Positions 53,486 through 64,000 of a DNA stretch of 64,000 nt are shown piece after piece. The notes beneath the pieces are model-generated. The model did not search any database. It was not told the DNA's origin and was given only the letters and a program-made list of their open reading frames with translations. The translations under genes were made by a program, and so were the position numbers. Source of the stretch: Callorhinchus milii (Eukaryota); contig NW_024704742.1 in NCBI RefSeq assembly GCF_018977255.1, forward strand, positions 37,016,001 through 37,080,000, in the 5' to 3' direction. Numbering within the stretch: position 1 is the stretch's first letter; every line of letters starts with the position of its first letter.

Positions 53486-56367
53486 TCTGTATTTATTCAT
53501 CTGCTTCTATATTCCAATGATGCAACTGTGTGCACCAGAAGAGATATTAAGAATTTTAAATCGTTGAAGGCTTTGTGACGTCCATCATCTAGAGCAACTT
53601 GGAACTGCTATTAAAGAAATGCTGCGGTACATCAGCAGCTATTAGCATAGATATCAAAAGGATAAACAAAAGGCTCCTGTACCACAGAGCTATCTGTCCT
53701 GCTCATGACTTTGCTTCCTGACTGACTGTGAACCACATCTTACCACCCGCTCCAACCTCCAGCAGACCAAATAATCAAAACAGCGGATATTTATAGCTCA
53801 GCTGCACATATATCTGTTTTCCCCAGGGTCACTTGGATTCACATTAAGTTGTCAATTGAGCATCCCTCTGTGACAGCAAAGGGAGTTCTTACCCAGCATA
53901 AATCATGCAATAGACTGCCTCCATTTCTTAGATGTTACCCTGACTCAGTTGGTAGCATTTTTTCCTTTGGGTCAGAATGATGTGGGTCCAAATCTCAGGT
54001 CACAACTTTGAGCTCACAGTCTAGGCTGACACCCCAGTGCAATGCTGGAAGAGTATTGTACTGTCCAAGGTATTAATTGTGCAGAAACATGATGAAACAT
54101 TAAACTGAAGTCCTATCTACCTCTGAAAGATCCCATAGCACGATTTGAAAAGAGAAAGGAGCTTGCCCTGGCCAACAATCTCCTAGATTAAAACAAGTGG
54201 TCATTCATTTCATGTCTATTTGTGGGACACATTAGCTGCTGTGACCACCAATAGATACACATACACTATACTTAGTGTTTTGAGACATTTTAACATAATA
54301 TGGTGCTACATGAAACGTAAGGATTATTATTACCTACCTCACAGCTTGGACACACATCTGTAGCCATTGAACAATGGTTCCACCAGTGACCCCCATCCCC
54401 AAGTCCAACTCCCCAATTGGGTGCAAACCCTCGACTGTCGATAAGGTACTATAAAGAAGCAAGATCTTTCTTTCTAGTTTGAACCTGGTGAGCTCTTGGT
54501 GAATCAAATATAGCTGTGTGAGAATTGTGAGGAGCGGCAAGTAATTACAAGCTGACAATCGTATTAAGTTTAGATATGTATCTTTGAGACATTTTATTTG
54601 AGCTCTGCAATGAGATTAGAAATCTCACCTTATTTCCAAGCATCCATTCATTTTTATTATATATGCCATTAAATTTGTGAGTGGGAATTTTATCTCAAAT
54701 TGCCTCTTCTATTCCTGTCAGCAGGTGTCATGTTTGTGCTGTCGGCCAGTGTATCATGTCATTCACATTTTGTAACACCTGTATTCAAGGTTGGACAGAT
54801 GTTGAACTGATGTGGCACAACATAAGAACATAAGAACATAAGAAATAGGAGCAGGAGTAGGCCATTCAGCCTCTTGAGCCTGCCCCGCCATTTAATAAGA
54901 TCATGGCTGATCTTCTAACCTAATAACCTAGTGAACACAACCATAGTGAGTTTATCAATTGCCGTTCACCAGCTGATTGATTCAGTGCACTTGTAGACTC
55001 ATAGCATTTATTTATGCATACCTGAAGGCGAAGGGGGCAGGGGGAAGGAATTTAAATCATAGAATCATGGATATTTACATGTGGAGACCTATTGCCCAAT
55101 CGAGTCTGCACTGGCTCTCAGAGCAAGCTATACTTTCAATCCCATTGCCTGCTCTATCAGCAAACCGTTCAAGGGTATAGTTTCATATACCTCTCTACTT
55201 CCCTCTTGAAACCCACAGTGGACTCTGCCTCTAGACTCTGGATTAGGAGGGTGAGGGCTTATCTGAACGCAGACTTGTTGGACCTATTTTCATGCTGTAA
55301 TGTTCTATGTATTTCTATTTTCTCCCTTCTGTCGATCTTCTCTTTAGATTTATCTTTCTCTGCAACATTTCTCTTTCACTCTCACTTCCTTTCTTTTCAC
55401 TGATTCATCAGCTCTCATTGTTAGAGAAAAACAATTTTTGCTTTAGAAGAGAACTGCATGCTACCTGTTGTCTGTGCACATATAAAAAAAATGGTTACAG
55501 CATAAAACTGCTGACATAAGCTCCATAATTTTATCTGGTTTTGGGCTGCAAGACCATCTTGTCCTAAAAATTAAGATCATGTAGAAATGTGAAAAATTCA
55601 GCCTTAATTTACTACAACAACAACAAATGACATTTGTATAACTCCTTTCAGGTCGGGAGGATGGCCCAAGACCATCTTTCAAATTGAGACTGAATTTAAG
55701 AACTTTCCACAATTCTGTGCGGTCTTCCATTTTAAGACAAATGGTCTTACAGGCTAGGATTAGATGTATTTTTGAGCCTTTATCATATAACAAATATTGG
55801 AAGTAAAGGAGTAATTTTAAGATGTGATATCACTTCAGTGTTCAGGTGGCAATTATAAACCAGTTGAATTTCACTCTTGTGGTTTATGATCATAATCTGA
55901 AGAATATCAGTTAAGATGGTGACCGACTATAATCCAATAACTCAATTGGACAATATATTATGTGTAATTTAAATCTTTTGGAAGTAAAATTACACCTGTA
56001 AGTCTATGTTTACCATGCATTTTAGAGCATCCAAATTTGGCAAATTGTTGAGTTCATTCTTAACATTGAAGCTGATTTACTATGATTCTTAAAAGAACTT
56101 TTAAAAAGGGTCAAGATAAAGGCTATACTGTATTTAAGAAGTTTCCAAATTCTGGATGTTCTAAAAAAAAGATAAATATAGACCTAGGTAGAATGTTATC
56201 CCTCTGAGGTGCTTTGTTTTGCATGCCAGCTTGGTTCAGTTGGTACCGTCCTTGATGCTGACTTAGAAGGTTATAGGTTTAAGCCAAACTTTGAGATGTG
56301 AGCTCATAGTCTAGGCTGACACTCCAATGCAATACTCTAATGCTGCATTGTCAGAAGTGATGCTATT

Positions 56368-56885
56368 CAACAACAACAACAAAATTACATTTGTTTAACG
56401 CCTTCCACATCGGGAGGGCATCCTAAGGCGCTGAACATTGGGGATCAGGACCAAGCACAGGGGGGGCAGGGTTGGAATGAGCGAAGACAGAGAGATAAGA
56501 GGGCGGCTGAAGGCACTGTCGAAAAGGAGGGTCTTAAGTCATGCCTTGAAGAAGGCAAGGGAGGGAGCAAGGCAAAGGGATTATGGGATGGAGTTCTAAA
56601 GGATGGGTTCAGAGAGGCTGAAAGCCCGGCCACTGATGGTAGGGCAGGACGAGCGGGAGACATGGAGCAGGCCAGAGCCTGCTTAACGGAGGGAGCGGAC
56701 AGATTGATAGGGGGTCAGCATGTCAGAGATGTAGGAGGGGGCAAGGCCATGGAGGGCCTCTGAGGGATGGGGAGCCAGTGGAGTCGGGCACGGGTGGGAA
56801 TGATGGTGTCACGGAGCCTGGTGTGGGAGAGGAGATAAACTGCAGAGTTCCGGATGATCTGCAGCTTGTGGAGGGAAGAGTTGGG
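56368..56885 (-). mobile_element. L2 3' fragment (others at ~5310-5585 +, 6566-6935 -, 19270-19700 +, 20615-20982 -, 36150-36350 -, 45190-45375 -, 47150-47265 -, 52300-52690 -)
   Basis: [21 protein letters not shown] and the (AAC)n tail; the other fragments share these motifs. Confidence 0.82.
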
Positions 56886-58870
56886 AAGATTTTCTTTGCT
56901 GATGCAATAAAAGAAAGCTTTGACGCATGCAATAACTAGTCTGATTAAGATGCTGAATTGCATGCTTTGATTGGGTTTCTTAGTGGATTACTTGATGAAT
57001 AGCATGCTTAGTCTTAAGTGGTAGTTTTCCAGAAACTATCATACAAGAGATAATGCACCTGTTCAGATGTTCTGTTTATCCCATGTAATTACTGGACTGG
57101 AGTTTCACATATGGCAACTTTATATGGATGATTTTGTAACCAATAATCCTGTAAAACAAATTGCTCTCTGCATATCTCAAACATGCAGGCTATCACTGAG
57201 TCTGGACTGTTGATGTAACATCAAGAAAATAGCATTGCCAAGCAAATGGCTGAATTTATACATCAAAATCTCAGAAATAATGAATCACTGGTTCTGTGGG
57301 TGACTAAATCTGTGATTGTTGGAGGCACAATCTTCCTAGTCTTCCTATGATACTAGGCACAGTACCAGATTTCTGATCTTCTGTTTTGTCAACAGTTGTG
57401 AAATCTCCTTTTATCTCTCATTCTGCTTAAAGGCATCAGTGCTATTTTTTCTATATTTATAAATGAAGATCACAACACAAATAACAATTTCCTAAAATGG
57501 TCGTATTACTTCTATAGAAGAGAACAATTTTGTTCCCACTTCAGCCACTACAGGGAGCCTGAGAAGTGAAATGAAACCACTGGAAATAATACTAGCACTT
57601 TTGTGATGGAATTTTATATGGTGTCTCTTGTATATATATATAAAAATTAATTTTGCATCACATTATACTAATTCCACCCAAAAAACAGGAAAGAAAGGTT
57701 ACTGGCAAAATAATTGAAAATGTGCATATTTTATATAAATAATATTTGGATTTTATTTCTATTCCAAAATCCACCATTCCACATAAATATTTAAAAGTAG
57801 CAGTCATGAGCAGCGCCATAGTCGTTCCCTTGGTTGCTAAAGCAGTTTTAATGTTAATGAATGTTCTTTCTCAAAACTACAATAAAAGGTCCTTGGAGCT
57901 CTTGGAATTTTCCAAACTTGCGACTTTTAGAGATTTTGGAGGAAATATATACAGATCACTGCTATTGACAGCTATCACAAGCATTTAAAATTCATCCAGA
58001 TACCAGTTTCTGATCAGGATTTCCTTAATCATTGGTGAACTCGTGTTTATCAGTGAGGAGTTTCGGTGCTAGGAAATAGACACATTTCTACTTTTGCAAA
58101 CCATTGTCACTTGGCAATTAGAAACAAACACAGTCAAGTTGTCTACTGACAAACGGAATTTCTCCACCCTTAGGTCTTCGGTGCCAAGTACTTCAAGAGT
58201 TAAATAGAAAGTTCAAGCTCAGAGCACCCGTCACTGCTTAATGTGTGACGTCTTTGTCACCAGAGAGGCCAGTCAAATCACAGCAATTCCATTGGCCTCT
58301 GAAGTGAGACTATCAATTTAGCACTGATTTTCATCAGATTATGTGCACTTTTGTAATGTGGTGTCATGCCCGCTAATAACATGTTCACATTTACTTTAGA
58401 CCCTAACTATAAGCATAAATGGAGCCAGCAGTCTGGAATGAATTCAAACAGACACCATAAAAGTCAAAGCATTTTTACTAAAACATGGATCCCACAAAGG
58501 CTCTCTCAATGTGAATATTGTGATCTAATTACTATGGTAAAGGTATAAATATACTCTATATATTTTAAATGACCATCCATACCAAAAAAAACATTTTGTG
58601 GTATAATTATACAGGTCCTTATGAATTTAAATACAACATTTTATATTGCACAAAAAATTTTTTGGTGTAACACCAAACTCTCGACAAGACTACAAACTAA
58701 ATTGTGCATCAAGTTCGGTGGGCTGAATGGCCTCCTGCTGCGCCTGTTTTCCTGGGTCCCTGAAATATTTGACTGACACTAGCATTACCTTGTTTAACTA
58801 AACTCATTTATTATTTTCTTACATTAGGGATTCATTACTGTCACCCTCCGAGAATGTATCAAAATGTTTC

Positions 58871-59190
58871 AATAATAATAATAATCCTTGCATTTGATAT
58901 AGCGCTTTTCATGTCGGGAGGACGTCCCAAAGCGCTTCACAGAACACATTTTAAAGTGAATTGACTGTATATTTGTGGGCGAACGTGTCAGCCAATTGCG
59001 CACAGCAATGTCCCACAAATAGTCGTAGATTGAAAATGACCAATTTATTATTGTTTTTGGTTTTGGAGGGATTATTATTAGGCTCTGTGTGGAGTAAGGA
59101 AATTTGCCCAAGGTTTCGCCCTCTGCCTGGAATTGAACTCAGGTCTCTCGCTTGCAAAGCGAGTGCTCTAACCACTGAGCTACAGGACTC
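58871..59190 (-). mobile_element. Young SINE, short form
   Basis: Reverse complement differs from the 2623 copy at about 11 of about 320 positions (manual count). Confidence 0.93.
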
Positions 59191-59959
59191 AGAATTTGTT
59201 CACGCATTAATTGATTGATGAACATATTTACACAAATAACATTATTGTATTATTATGTATCGTAATCCCTTCAAAGTACATTGAGCTCATTTATTATCAG
59301 CTAGGAACCAGCCTGTAAAGCACTGCACAAAACCATTAATCTCCCAGCAGGAGATTTACTCAGATTGTCAGACTGACTTATACTGGCTAAACACATTGAA
59401 AGGTTTCCTAATTTGTGAGTGACAATTTGGAGGGGGGAATAACTTCCCGGAAGGCTGAGCATAGTCTGATTATGAAGTGGCAACACCAAAAGATATTGAT
59501 AAAATGCGATTTGTGACTTTTAGTATGAATGCAACAACAAGCAGAATCTTCAGCAAACCTGTGGTGCTGCCCACCTGCACTCTGAGACCTGGGGCTGACC
59601 CTGTGCTATCCCAGATCCCCGAGAACGCCTGCCTGGAGTGCTCTGCAAACAGAATACTGCTTCTGTTTTCTTGTAATCTTCCAGTCTGAAAGTACTGATT
59701 GATAGCGCTGCTGGCCACTAATAGATGCACAGCAATGCTTCTTTTTTTATTCCATTACATAAGGGCACTTTATGCAGCCTGAAAACTCATTCATCCAGGA
59801 CATTCATTTGGGTGCTAATTTCTTATTCATAATGTTTTGGCAACAAGTTTTAGTTACAATAAATTATTATTAAAGTGGAGCCTGAGATAGTAGAGACTAG
59901 GTGAACGGCTTAAGGTCCATATATATACCATACACATCATGAGGGCTGAAAAGAATACA

Positions 59960-61060
59960 ACATTTTGCATTCACATATTGCCCATTATGTAGGTTTACAT
60001 CTCAGAGTGCTTTACAAAGATGGATGCTGTGTGTTCAAAGTTAGGTTTTAGGGCAGGATTTAAAGACAGACAGAGACAGAGTCAGATGGAGGAGGGGAAA
60101 ATGAGGGAGTTTTACAAGTTATGGATTTGGCCACTGATGGTGATGTGAAAAAAGCAGAGATATGTAGCGAACCCAAGTTGCCGAATAGAGGGGGCAAGAA
60201 GAGGAGTGGCGTAGGAGAACAATGGAACAATATACTAGGATTTTAAGGGATTTATGGGTGAGGACCTCAAAATCAATCCACTGGGAGACAGGGAGATAGT
60301 GGAGCTGGTGAGGATTGTAATGATAGATGTTCAGAAATTGGTCCAAATGACTATCACAGACAGAAAATGCTTTGGCAATGGAGAAGATGCAAAAGCTACA
60401 TTTGAGACAAAATGAACCACCGTAGTGAGGTCCAAATTGTGTTAGAGGAAGGACAAAGAGTGGAACCACTAAAAGTAAGAGGTGGTAGCTTTGAAGGGAA
60501 GCTTTGATTTTTTTTGATTGACTTGGAGCTTCCCCAAGACTCTATTTTAAAGGGATTTGAAGGAGGAGGAATCTGAAGTTGATCTGATGGGGAATGTAAA
60601 TAGTTGAGGCTCATCCAAGATTGACAAGAAGTCAATAAGAGTTACAGTAATCCTGAAATCAAGGGTAGAAACAGAATGGGGGAGAGTTGGGTGTTTTCAG
60701 CATACATGTGGAAATTATTCACAAACGTGCAGGATAGTGGGGTATGAGGGCAGTCTGGAACAAAGGGATCTGGTTCCAGGGGATTGGGGAAGGTTCCCAA
60801 TGTCAACTAGTGGTGTGCGGGGAGGGGCTCCAAGGTCAACATTTAGTAATTCAACAATTGCTCCATAGTTGGGAGAGGATTGAAGGTTGGAGTTACTGAG
60901 AGCATATGATCTGAAGGAAGTTAACGAATGTATACTCAAATTACCTAGGAATTGAAGATGAGTTATTGATGTGGTGAAGGAGGAAACATGGGAGAGAACA
61001 GCGTCCTGGGGCAGCTCCAAGTTAATGGAAAAGATGTCAGAGAATGAATCGTCAACTATC
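59960..61060 (-). mobile_element. Old, diverged L2 LINE fragment
   Basis: LPQDAVLS, MTSCQSWMSLNYL, LHYLPVSQWIDFEVL remnants. Confidence 0.7.
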
Positions 61061-61234
61061 GATAAGATACAGAAATTAGAGAGGAAAATAGCCACAGATT
61101 TAATGTCTAGGGTTGTTTATCCCAATGCCTGCCTGCATTACAACATAAACACTTATGGTTTATTGAATGATCTCTGAAGTGTTCTTTCAATTAAGATTAC
61201 TGTGTTGGATTTTCCTGTTGGATGCTTCCTAATC

Positions 61235-62598
61235 TTAGGCGACTTCAACCTACACTTCATCCCCTCCTGCTCTACCTATTCCGACATGCCGACATCTCCT
61301 CCCTCCTCTCCTCCCTCAACCTCTCCCAACTCATCCACTCCCCCACCCATGACCATGGCCATCCCCATGACCTGGTGATCACCCGGGACATCACCATCTC
61401 AGACATCACCATCGTCGATAAAGCCATCTCGGACCACCACTTCCTCATCTTCCTCAACACCTCCCCTTTCCCAACCCTCCACCATCACATACTGTCCATG
61501 GAAAAAAAATTCCTCCCTCTCCCTCTCCACTGCCCTGGAGTCACCTGAACTCTGGCCCTCACTGACCGATCTCCCTCCTCACTCTCCTCATTCTCCTTTC
61601 TCCACAACTCCCTCTCCTCCTTTCTGGACTCCCTTGCCTCCCTCACCTCCTGAACTGCCTCATACTCCCATAAAGCCCCCTGGTACACCAGCCATCTCCG
61701 TTCCCTTAAGGCACAATTGCGAGCTGCCGAACGTGTCTGAACCAAATCCAAACTAATGGTCCATCGGCAGATTTGGTTTCACCTCACCAAGATCTACCAC
61801 TGCACTCTTGCCTCCGCCAAATCCTCCTTCTACGCCAAGGTTATCTTGGAGACAAAGGACAACCCCAGGGTTCTCTTTTCCACCACAAACCATCTCCTCC
61901 GTCCACCTTCCCATACCTCACCCATCCTCTCCTCAAACTCCAACTGTGAGGAGATGCTGAACTTCCTCGAATCTAAAATCGAGGGGATACGTTCAGCCAC
62001 CTCAGCCCCCCTGCATCACCTCTCCCTCATGACCCACCCCCCCACCCATCCCCTGCATACTCCTTCGACTCTATCTCTCCCTCCTCCCTCACCATGACTG
62101 TCCACAAACTCAAACCCACCACCTGCTCCCTCGATCTCATCCCCACCTCTCTCCTCATCTCCCAGTTCCAGCTTCTGGCCCCTCTCCTGTCCAATGTCAT
62201 CAATCTCTCCTTGTCCACCGGTTCAGTTCCCAACCACCTAAACACAGCCGTCATCACCACCATCTTGAAAAAACCTTCCCTCCTCTCCAGCTACCACCCA
62301 ATCTCTAACCTCCCCATTCCTCTCCAAGGTTATGGCGGGAGAGCCTTCAGCCACTCCGCCCTCAACCTCTGGAATTTCATCACCCAGTCGCTCTGCCTCG
62401 CCCCCTCCTTAGCCTCCTTCAAGTCCCGCCTCAAGACCCTCCTCTTCGACCATGCCATCGGCCACCCCCCTTCCCCTCCCCTCCCTTCTCTCCACCCCGA
62501 CTGCAGCTCGGGTCTGAAATGCTATACTCTGTCCAGCGCCTTGGGACGTCCTCCCGACGTAAAAGGCCCTATACAAATGTAATCTTGTTGTTGTTGTT
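61235..62598 (+). mobile_element. L2 LINE with large internal deletion (endonuclease 3' half and RT start joined to the 3' end)
   Basis: SPTHDHGHPHDLVIT, ISDHHF and PISNLP jump directly to GGRAFSHSA and the tail GGGACGTCCTCCCGACGTAAAAGG...(GTT)n. Confidence 0.88.
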
Positions 62599-63194
62599 CT
62601 TGTTATTCTCCCATAGATACTGAAGGGCACATGAATAATAGTTGAAATGTTGCGAGAAAACATCCTGTCCCCATACTACAGGTTTTTTATATGACTCTGG
62701 AAATATATTTCTGCCCGTGTTTTCACGTCTATTTGATTCAAGCCATTTTTATCACACACGCATTGGTTTGGAGTTAACCTGTTTCCAAATGCAGCTCCTT
62801 CAGTTGCATGTGTGCAGAACTCTGAAATTGAGTGTGGTTCTATTTAACAGCTCCCAAACAATGCGATAAGGAATGAAAGCATAAATCACTCTGCTGCAGG
62901 AAGCAACTTAGTTTCATTTCAACCTGTAAAAATAGGGCATTCATTGCAGTTCACTTTGTCAGTTGGTAGATCCAGCACGTCCTCAAGGTTTTGATTTGAT
63001 GTCAGTGTTCTTATTGCACCAACAATGTACATTCAAACTCGATTGAGGACAGTTGAGCCGAATCTGTAACAGTCTCCTGCAATATTTCTGTGGTGATGAA
63101 CAATGAAACAATGAATTATTGCATCCATTGCAATATATGAATGCCTATGTGGATAATTTCCATTGTTTCAAACTGGTAGTAACGTTTGAAAGAG

Positions 63195-63462
63195 GCAAGC
63201 AATAGATAGTGGTCAAAATACAGGAACCAGAACTAGAGAGGAGATGGGGAGAATATTTTTTACACAGAGTTATTACGGTCTGGAATGCATTGCCTAAAAG
63301 GGTGGTGGAAACAGATTCAATGATAGCTTTCAAAAAAGAATTTGCGAGGATATGGGGAAAGGGCAGGCGAGTGGGACTGATTGGGTAGCTCTTCCAAAGA
63401 GCCAAACAGGCACGATGGGATGAATGGCCTTCTTATGTGCTGTAATATTCTGTGATTCTATT
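63195..63462 (+). mobile_element. CR1 3' end (others at ~1-165 -, 6350-6490 +, 8268-8438 +, 34410-34545 +, 54820-54920 -, 55055-55230 -)
   Basis: FTQRV..WNALP-type coding end and the GGGATGAATGGCCTTCTTATGTGCTGTAA terminal motif. Confidence 0.8.
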
Positions 63463-64000
63463 CCTGGAATTGGGATTAAACAGCAATAGGGCGCTGATGA
63501 TTCACAGGCTAATTGAAAGACTCAGCCTCATTTATTTAGGATAATGTAGGAAACTATCCAGTATTAATTCATAACAGCCTGCAACAGATTTATGATACCC
63601 AATAACAATAGCTAATCCCATGATAAGGGACAAAAATTCTTAGTGTCTCTATGCATGTTGACAATGTTAGGAAATTGTGATGGAATAACGGGAGAGGTCT
63701 GAAACTTCCTACCATGTCTGAGATAATTTAGCACTTTTTCGTCAGCCTGGATTCAATTTTGTCCCACAGCGAAGTTGAAAATGTATGAGGAAAAAGCAAG
63801 TTTGACCCAAATTGAGATCAAAGTCAATTGAGAATGTTTTAGGGGAAGTCAGCTACACTTTCACCCTTGGTTGTTATCTAGCAATCTCCTGGCTACAATT
63901 TCACATGTTCAAGAGTTTGAAGCTTCCTTGTGATGAGCCCCCTGTTGACTGGCCTGCTAATGCACACTGGAATCTAATTTATATAAGGGCTAAGGGATTT

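Noticed and set aside
57770..58330. Possible alternative promoter (CRE-like TGACGTC, RFX half-sites)
   Set aside because: No CpG island, no clear TSS or donor, and only half-site matches.
20325..63955. CTCF-like motifs at ~20326, ~21210 and ~63937
   Set aside because: Each has several mismatches to the core; expected by chance in 64 kb.

Overview
Vertebrate genomic DNA, most likely a cartilaginous fish and possibly a holocephalan (judged from the tRNA/CORE/Deu-type SINEs and the L2 and CR1 load). The window is the 5' part of a MAPK10 (JNK3) gene on the minus strand. Five GT-AG coding exons (37478-37543, 13669-13838, 8952-9081, 3713-3771, 671-809; 66+170+130+59+139 nt = 188 codons) run from the JNK3-specific N-terminus MSRHFLYYCSEPILDVKIAFCQ to the HR of the HRD motif. 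The gene continues beyond position 1, and no promoter or upstream 5'UTR exon was identified. The rest is intron filled with SINEs (young, long and ancient forms), L2 LINEs (one near-complete degenerate ORF2), CR1 3' ends, RTE and Rex1-like fragments, foldback MITEs and a Penelope-type palindrome with decayed hammerhead cores. No wholly new protein-coding system is evident. The most interesting signals are a splice-donor/uORF switch controlling the JNK3 N-terminus, a multi-copy foldback MITE family, a TIR-bounded unclassified element, inverted SINE pairs around exons and SINE-L2 tail sharing. Repeat boundaries are approximate.
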